DNA of 64,000 nucleotides from Escherichia coli (GTDB lineage Bacteria; Pseudomonadota; Gammaproteobacteria; Enterobacterales; Enterobacteriaceae): NCBI RefSeq assembly GCF_041886205.1, contig NZ_CP169031.1; one strand, 5' to 3'. Shown piece by piece: positions 57,967 to 64,000 of this stretch (position 1 is its first letter; each line of letters starts with the position of its first letter). The notes under the pieces were generated by a model. It saw only the letters and a program-made list of their open reading frames with translations, ran no database searches and was not told where the DNA came from. The position numbers and the translations under genes were made by a program.

Positions 57967-60221
57967 ATACCTAAAACGTCATGAGCTACACCTCGAGTGT
58001 CCCCCTTACAAGACACAGAACGTCTGGCAAAAAGAGGTTCCACTCTGAAGCCACTGTCATGATAAAGCTCTCTGATATTTGGCGCGCCACTGTTAGTAAT
58101 GAGAACCTTTGCACCTCGACGATGAGCATCCGTCAACAGAGACACCAGGCGTTTTTGCTCTTCAAACTTAAAGTCATGACCGGAATAGTTCGTGAATCCC
58201 TCTGTATTTGGAAGCGGTTCATACGGCGGATCGCAAAAGATGACATCTCCTTCTCCGGCAGCTTCAATCACCGCTGCAAAATCACCGCATACAAACTCAG
58301 ACCGCCCTTCCGCACCGAGGAAGGCTTCCATCTCCTGTAATGGGAAATACGGAGTTTTATACTTCCCATAACCGACATTGAACTCACCGGCCTGGTTGTA
58401 ACGCGTCAATCCGTTAAAACAATGTCGGTTCAGGAACAAAAACGCCGCTGCGCGATGTAAATCATCATAGACTTGTTTGTTAAACGCATTCCGTACTGCC
58501 AGGTATCCTTCCTGTGTGTTGTAGTCCTGGAAGAAACGATGTGCCAGAGTGATAAGTGAATGCGCCTCGCGTTGCAGAGTCTTGTAAAAGTTAATCAGGT
58601 CAGCATTCACATCATTTAGCAGATTTTCCTGGTATCCGGCATTCATGAAGACAGCTCCGCCACCAACGAAAGGTTCAATCAGGCGCTTCCCTTCTGGCAA
58701 ATAGCGAAAGATTTGTTCCAGAACACCAAATTTTCCACCAGCCCATTTGAATATGGACCGTTCGAATTCTGCCGCTGGTTTAACTTTTCGCTCTTTTGTT
58801 TTACTTCCTTCTTTCTGCCGACATACGGCCTTAGTAATCCGATCGCCAATCCAGCGCATTACTGGTATTGCCATACTATTGCCGATCGCTTTGTAACGCG
58901 GTCCGTCAGCTGCAAGCATCGCGGCCTCTTCTTCGCTTAAATCTGGATAGTGATTGCGAAGATATGCCAGTTCATCTGAATTAACTTTTTTACGCTTTTC
59001 CGTCGGGATCAACGTATGCCCATCAGGAAAACCTTGCAGCCTTTCACATTCGACAGGGGTAAGACGGCGGACAGCTACTTCTGCGTTTCTTACTTCATAG
59101 CAAACAGCTGTTGGATTTTTAGCCATTAGAGATGGTGAAGTATTCTTAGTTGCAGCATGTTGTGTACCGCTCATACGCTCAGGAAAAGCCAATGTAACAA
59201 GATGCTCATGGCTTTCTTGCTCACGTGCCCGCAATGTACCATGCCCTTCTGACCAAAAACCTGCTCCTGTGCTGCTAAAAACGGCAAGGTCAGTGGCATC
59301 TTTAAAATCTCTTGCCTTTACTGTCGATGCGGTTTCATCGTCAATATATTCCCCAAATGCTGCCATCCTGAAAGCGTTTACGGCTTTCGTCGATTTCATA
59401 CCGGGTGGAATGTCAGCGTGTAGGCATGGATTTAGGCTTTCGCCACTGATTGCAGCGCCATTTGCAATAATGGCGGAAGCGATTTCCTTCTTTTTTCGGC
59501 TCGGCGCAATATCCCGGCGCACGCCTTCGAACTCAAAAAGTACCGTTGCGGGATCGAGGTCTGTTCGAGCACTTGCGACAACAAACACGCGTCGGCGTCG
59601 TTGTGCCACTCCGAAGTATTGGGCATCAAGGATTCTCCAGGCCACCTTTCGCTGCGGTCCATAAATACAACCACACTGCGGCCACTTTGGAGCATGGCAA
59701 CCGGTTTTGCCATCCCACCGCCAGAACGCGTTACTTTTTCCTGATTCAGGTCGATCACCTGGTTCAAATGGCGCATCTTCTCCAGCCAATCCGGCAAGGA
59801 AACATCCGAAGGCGTTATCTGCCGATGACAGGACTCCTGGGACATTTTCCCAGACGATAACTGTCGGTTTGAGGAAGGACTCAGACCGTTTGTCGTCAAT
59901 TGCATTTGCAAGCTCCACATACTTCAAAGTTAGCGCGCCGCGTTCATCATCAAGCCCACCACGTAAGCCCGCGATACTGAATGCCTGACAAGGTGTTCCC
60001 CCGACGAGCACATCAGGGGATTCGATTTCCCCAGCCAGGACTTTTTTGGCAAGTTTTGTCATGTCGCCAAGGTTGGCGACATGGGGCCAGCGGTGCGCAA
60101 GAACGGCAGATGGAAAAGGCTCGATTTCAGCAAACCACGCCGGACGCATACCCAACGGTTCCCAGGCAATACTCGCGGCTTCAATTCCACTGCAAACAGA
60201 TCCATAGCACAGCTCTTTCAC
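57957..60221 (-). CDS. dmt: Dmt bifunctional DNA methyltransferase (C5-cytosine + Dam-like N6-adenine)
   Basis: 754 aa; N-terminal [12 protein letters not shown] and ENVPG (C5-MTase); C-terminal CDPPYEPL (N6-MTase). Confidence 0.9.
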
Positions 60222-61123
60222 TGCTTAGCCTCTCCACCAAGGGCATTTACCAGAGCATCAACCAGGCACGAAATTTCACTGGTTAACAGGAAGAAATCTG
60301 CGTCCAGTCGCTGCGCAACATCTTCACTATCAATATCAGAGTTCTGCTCAAGCAATTCATCCGCAAATTTGACGCTGGTAAGGCTGAAGTTATGGTCCAG
60401 TGTAAATTTAATGCGGTTCTGCCAGTCGAGTGCCAACTTAGTGACGAGCTTGCCAGCTTCCAGGTGTGTGGAAATTTCATCGCTTCCCAAATCCTGCTTT
60501 TTCACTCGGGCAATACCGCCATCCTCAAGCACTGCCTTAAGTTCTGCCGCATCCCCCATTTGAAATCCCTGTGGAGCACTACCATCACGTACCCAGTCGG
60601 TCAGCGTTAATTCAATGGGATTTTCAACACTCAGGGGAACAACAGGAAGAGAACCAAGAGACTTACGCATAAGCGCGAGCATATCCTCTGCCTGCCGCGC
60701 GCTGGCATTGATATAGATACGTTTAGTTGAACCGTCGTAGATCGCCTGGATAACAGAAAACTTTGAAAAAGCCCGTGGCAGAAGAGAATGCAGAACTTCG
60801 TCTTTCAGGGAGTCCTTCTCTGTTTTCTTCAGTTTACGCGCTTGTTCTTGCTCAAGTTTTTCAATTTTTTCTTGAATAGCTCGCTGGATAACCGGCGGGG
60901 GAAGAATTTTTGTTTCGCGCTTTGCTTCAACAAGGATAAAACCATTTCCATGCATAGCGATAACTTCGGAATTATCACCAAATGGCGATACAAAACCGAA
61001 CTTAGCCATATCCTGACTACCGCATGGCGTGAAAAGGATCATTTTCTTTTTATCTTCTAAGTCGGTCAGATCCGCCTCACGAGAAAGTTTATAAATAGTA
61101 ATGTTTTTCCAGTGCTTAAACAT
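60218..61123 (-). CDS. hrdC: RdgC-like recombination-associated protein (P1 hrdC)
   Basis: 302 aa from [13 protein letters not shown], resembling E. coli RdgC; SD AAGGG upstream. Confidence 0.85.
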   Translation of the reverse strand: MFKHWKNITIYKLSREADLTDLEDKKKMILFTPCGSQDMAKFGFVSPFGDNSEVIAMHGNGFILVEAKRETKILPPPVIQRAIQEKIEKLEQEQARKLKKTEKDSLKDEVLHSLLPRAFSKFSVIQAIYDGSTKRIYINASARQAEDMLALMRKSLGSLPVVPLSVENPIELTLTDWVRDGSAPQGFQMGDAAELKAVLEDGGIARVKKQDLGSDEISTHLEAGKLVTKLALDWQNRIKFTLDHNFSLTSVKFADELLEQNSDIDSEDVAQRLDADFFLLTSEISCLVDALVNALGGEAKQ

Positions 61124-61463
61124 GTTGTAACCCTTGAATATCAACCACAGAAAGCTCGTCTTTGTAGAAAAAGGCCAGGTTGTGGCACCCCCTCGTTTGA
61201 GCGTATGAGCTGGGACCAATTTCGTTCTTCCAGACAAATGGCTTCAAATCCGTACGGCGAAGCATAAAAACGCGATTTGTTCCGCTCTGATTCCCAATGA
61301 GGCAAAAGCCTTCTTTCACCTTGATAGCCTGCAAGTTGTCGAGTTCACCGCTGGTTACACGGCTATCGAACTCTTTGCGGCTTATTAGCTCCATCTGCAT
61401 CTGACGACTCCAAACAAATGCCCATTGAAGGGCGATGGCTGAATGGTACCGAAAATACGACAT
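61116..61463 (-). CDS. uhr: Uhr-like protein (upstream of hrdC)
   Basis: 115-aa ORF from ATG; operator immediately upstream. Confidence 0.45.
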   Translation of the reverse strand: MSYFRYHSAIALQWAFVWSRQMQMELISRKEFDSRVTSGELDNLQAIKVKEGFCLIGNQSGTNRVFMLRRTDLKPFVWKNEIGPSSYAQTRGCHNLAFFYKDELSVVDIQGLQHV

Positions 61464-61471
61464 AAAAAACA

Positions 61472-61488
61472 ATATTTATTAGAGCAAT
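61472..61488. promoter_or_regulatory. C1 operator (16/17)
   Basis: atatttattagagcaat. Confidence 0.75.
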
Positions 61489-61569
61489 TTTGCAATAGTT
61501 GAACTCCATGTAGACCACAAACAACCTGAATTAAAATAACGAAAATCAGAGCAAATAATTGGTGATGAC

Positions 61570-61854
61570 GTGGCAAGTATTGCAACAAAAGACAGCATTT
61601 GTTCGGGGCACGGAGGATTCCCATCCAGGCCTCCTGTAGAGAGTGAACCACTACTTAAAGTCAACGGAGTCGAAGTGTTAGTTGATGGTAAGCAATATGC
61701 ACAGCATACCGATGGAAACAGTACGCACGGTGGGCAAGCTATATCAACCAGGGCATGGTTTACCGTCAATGGTAAAGGGATCGTATGCGTTGGTGACCCT
61801 GTTTCATGCGGATCTACCGTAGCGTCCGGAGACGGCCTGGTTCAGGTAAGTTAG
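61570..61854 (+). CDS. PAAR-like small protein (GTG start, tentative)
   Basis: 94 aa; CSGHGG...VNGKGIVCVGDPVSCGSTVASGDG resembles PAAR-repeat spike-tip proteins. Confidence 0.45.
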   Translation: MASIATKDSICSGHGGFPSRPPVESEPLLKVNGVEVLVDGKQYAQHTDGNSTHGGQAISTRAWFTVNGKGIVCVGDPVSCGSTVASGDGLVQVS

Positions 61855-61862
61855 GAGATATC

Positions 61863-62651
61863 ATGCTGGAAAAAGACTACCAGTTATCCGCATATAAAAA
61901 ATTGGCCGCCGCCGGTGGGATGAAAACACCTGGTGCCATAACATCGGCACGAAACAGTGCTAACACAGCAAAACTGCTTGCAGAAGAATTGACCGGATTA
62001 ATTCTGGATACAATTGTCTATCCCGACACTATTACCAGCTATGTTTCAACGATCAGAACAACCACAACCGGCTTAACGAACATTGGAGAACTGGCAACTA
62101 AGCACGCGGACCTGTTGGCTGGTTATGCAGATCTGTCAATGCTGCTTCAACTCGATATTGGTTGGGATGTTTACTGCCGTGCTAATGAGCGAGAAGTTTC
62201 AGAACTGCCGATCTCTATTGCCATTGGTGATGTGAATATTACTAAATCGCTTGAGGACGCTGTTAACGCGCTTAATACATCAAGTTTAGTCGCTGCAATG
62301 GGGGAGATTAACCAGACCCTTAACACTGGCTCAGGAAGCTCGCCAGGCTCTGGTTCAGGCGGCGGCACTGCCACTCCCCCACCAGCACTAACAGAAGAGC
62401 AAATTGAATCTCTGAAAGTAGCAACTGAACAGTTTGGGGTTGTTTTCAACCAGACAACAGCGCCCACAACTGCGTTACAACAGCAGTATGAACGAGCGAA
62501 TGAAAGCGCCAATGTAGCCATAACTGCTTATAACCATGCTATCGGTACTGCGCTTGCGGAAGCATCAGCAAATAAGGCCAGCACAGCCAGCGCAGTTGCT
62601 GCTTTGGTTCCTGATTCTGTTCTTGATGAATTAAACAAAGCGGCACAGTAA
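61863..62651 (+). CDS. hypothetical protein with Gly/Ser-rich linker
   Basis: 262 aa from MLEKDYQL with strong SD AGGAG; GSGSSPGSGSGGG low-complexity segment. Confidence 0.55.
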   Translation: MLEKDYQLSAYKKLAAAGGMKTPGAITSARNSANTAKLLAEELTGLILDTIVYPDTITSYVSTIRTTTTGLTNIGELATKHADLLAGYADLSMLLQLDIGWDVYCRANEREVSELPISIAIGDVNITKSLEDAVNALNTSSLVAAMGEINQTLNTGSGSSPGSGSGGGTATPPPALTEEQIESLKVATEQFGVVFNQTTAPTTALQQQYERANESANVAITAYNHAIGTALAEASANKASTASAVAALVPDSVLDELNKAAQ

Positions 62652-62690
62652 CAAAGGACTTCATTGATAATTTTTCTTCAGGAGGAAGAC

Positions 62691-63113
62691 ATGTCATTCT
62701 TTTCTACGTTAAAAACAGCTTTGTCTTTGAAGGAGAAACTTGCTGCTACTGGTGTTCTTGTTCTGATTTGCGCACTTGTTGGTGCCGGGTTTGCATGGGA
62801 ACGTCATCAGCTAAAGCAAGCCTTGGATAAAATTGGCAGTCTTGATCAGGCTGTTAAGGAACGTGATAAGTCAATAATGGATCTTAACCAGACCATTGAG
62901 ACGATGAACAAAGCAGATCAACATTTTCACAGCCAGGAAGTGAAAAATGAATCAGAACAAGCCAAATATGCTGACAGGCAAATGGAACGAAAAGCTGAAG
63001 TTCAGAAACAACTGGTTGCGGCGGGTAATGTTCGCCAGCGCATTCCTGCTGACACTCAGCGGTTGCTCCGGGAGTCGATCAGCGAATTTAACGCCGACGC
63101 CGACAAAGGTTAA
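62691..63113 (+). CDS. i-spanin-like protein (N-terminal TM helix + periplasmic coiled coil), P1 ppfA-like
   Basis: 140 aa from MSFFST with SD AGGAGG; TM segment ATGVLVLICALVGAGFAW followed by a charged helical region. Confidence 0.5.
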   Translation: MSFFSTLKTALSLKEKLAATGVLVLICALVGAGFAWERHQLKQALDKIGSLDQAVKERDKSIMDLNQTIETMNKADQHFHSQEVKNESEQAKYADRQMERKAEVQKQLVAAGNVRQRIPADTQRLLRESISEFNADADKG

Positions 63114-63279
63114 CCACCCTGCCCCCAAAAGTGCATTTATGTGCAGAATGCCAGAGTTTAGCAGTGAATATTTTGATGATCTGCCAGCGTATATCCTCGA
63201 TACAGAAACGATGCTGATGGGGATTAACAGGAAGAATCGCAACGTTAATGATTACAACCGCGCTATCAGCGGTAACTAA
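62947..63279 (+). CDS. lipoprotein (o-spanin-like), overlapped with the preceding gene; P1 mlp-like
   Basis: Lipobox LLTLSGC followed by a Pro-rich stretch TPTPTKVNHPAP; reading frame overlaps the 3' end of the i-spanin-like gene. Confidence 0.55.
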   Translation: MNQNKPNMLTGKWNEKLKFRNNWLRRVMFASAFLLTLSGCSGSRSANLTPTPTKVNHPAPKSAFMCRMPEFSSEYFDDLPAYILDTETMLMGINRKNRNVNDYNRAISGN

Positions 63280-63290
63280 AAGGGATTTTT

Positions 63291-63683
63291 ATGTCTGATA
63301 AAGTAACAGTAAAGCAAACTATCAACAAAGCGACTTCAATCTACAAAATTGAGCACATCACTGTTGGCAAGCCAGGATCTGAACAATACCGTCATGCTTT
63401 CGAGCTTGCCGATCAGCTTGGTTTAAAACACCCGGATTGCATCGAGCATGTATTTCCGACCTATGCTGATGAGCAATGTACTCATGTTCTTACCGAAGAG
63501 GATTTTTTCAGCACTGAAGAACGAGAAGGCGTTGATCGTTGCATTGGTGTGATTTGCTCTTCAGTGAGTTATGAGTTATTCCCTAATGTTCATGAAAATG
63601 GTGGTATTGGATACCAATTCCTGTACGAAGGCGATGAGCTTAAATGTTATGAACATGGTCTTCTTATCGAAAGCGTAGAATAA
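63291..63683 (+). CDS. UpfA-like protein of unknown function
   Basis: 130-aa ORF adjacent to the plasmid origin. Confidence 0.5.
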   Translation: MSDKVTVKQTINKATSIYKIEHITVGKPGSEQYRHAFELADQLGLKHPDCIEHVFPTYADEQCTHVLTEEDFFSTEEREGVDRCIGVICSSVSYELFPNVHENGGIGYQFLYEGDELKCYEHGLLIESVE

Positions 63684-63723
63684 TACCCTTCCTTCCAACC
63701 GGCTATGTTGGCCGGTTTTTCAC

Positions 63724-63946
63724 TTATCCACATTATCCACTGGGTAGATCCAATAATTAGGTCCATACAGATCCCAATTAGATCCATATAGATCCCTGAT
63801 CGTTGCAGGCCGCGCCACGTCTGGCTTAGAAGTGTATCGCGATGTGTGCTGGAGGGAAAACGATGTGTGCTGGCGGGATAAAAATGTGTGCTGACGGGTT
63901 GCTAATGTGTGCTGGCGGGATATAGGATGTGTGCTGACGGGAAAGC
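63724..63946. other. plasmid replication origin oriR with incC iterons
   Basis: Tandem DnaA boxes TTATCCACA and TTATCCACT (63724-63741), five GATC sites in heptamer repeats (63747-63801), five 19-21 bp iterons GATGTGTGCTGGAGGGAAA (63841-63946). Confidence 0.85.
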
Positions 63947-64000
63947 CTGGGTAGTTATCACCACTTATAAAAGCTATCCACATAATTCGGAAAAAGTAAT

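Noticed and set aside
63841-63946. Possible CRISPR array
   Set aside because: The repeats are 19-21 bp iterons with 1-3 bp spacers next to DnaA boxes, not CRISPR repeats with unique spacers; no cas genes were seen.
63720-63983. 87-aa minus-strand ORF at the right edge
   Set aside because: It lies across the DnaA boxes and the five incC iterons; its repetitive peptide (QHT.. repeats) is a translation artefact of the iterons.

Overview
This 64 kb window is a contiguous stretch of a P1-like temperate phage-plasmid, read in inverted orientation relative to the canonical P1 map. Anchors read directly from the sequence are a perfect 34-bp loxP next to cre, the c1 repressor with at least 13 copies of its 17-bp operator (consensus ATTGCTCTAATAAATTT), pacA/pacB with the GATC-hexamer pac site inside pacA, phd/doc, humD with a LexA box, ban, a dual-domain dmt methyltransferase, three tRNAs, and the oriR/incC origin at the right edge. 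Left to right the order is: IS66-family fragment, lydA-lydB-hdf-darA-ddrA-ddrB, two unknown genes, ssb, lyz, pro, prt, darB-ulx-lxc, a lone GNAT acetyltransferase, mat, ref, cra, cre, loxP, coi-c1, pacB-pacA, lpa, pdcB, doc-phd, humD, a Type IC hsdM-hsdS-hsdR island, pap-like, pmg-type late genes with ppp, tail/baseplate genes, a glycosyltransferase-like gene, dbn-ban, tciCBA, a degenerate tRNA-like repeat array, tRNA-Thr/Asn, dmt, hrdC, uhr, a PAAR-like ORF, a spanin-like pair, upfA and oriR. P1 gene names and gene order are from memory of the P1 map, not from a database search. The candidates for accessory or novel content are: (1) the low-GC GNAT gene sitting where P1 carries res/mod; (2) the EcoR124-like Type IC restriction-modification island with small flanking peptide ORFs, where P1 carries pmgT-upfO/hot; (3) the two-gene unknown cassette between the darA operon and ssb; (4) a GT-B glycosyltransferase-like gene in the ban operon; (5) a PAAR-like ORF and an overlapped spanin-like pair near the origin; (6) a tandem array of tRNA-derived inverted-repeat units. 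No CRISPR array, rRNA or recognisable antibiotic-resistance gene was seen.
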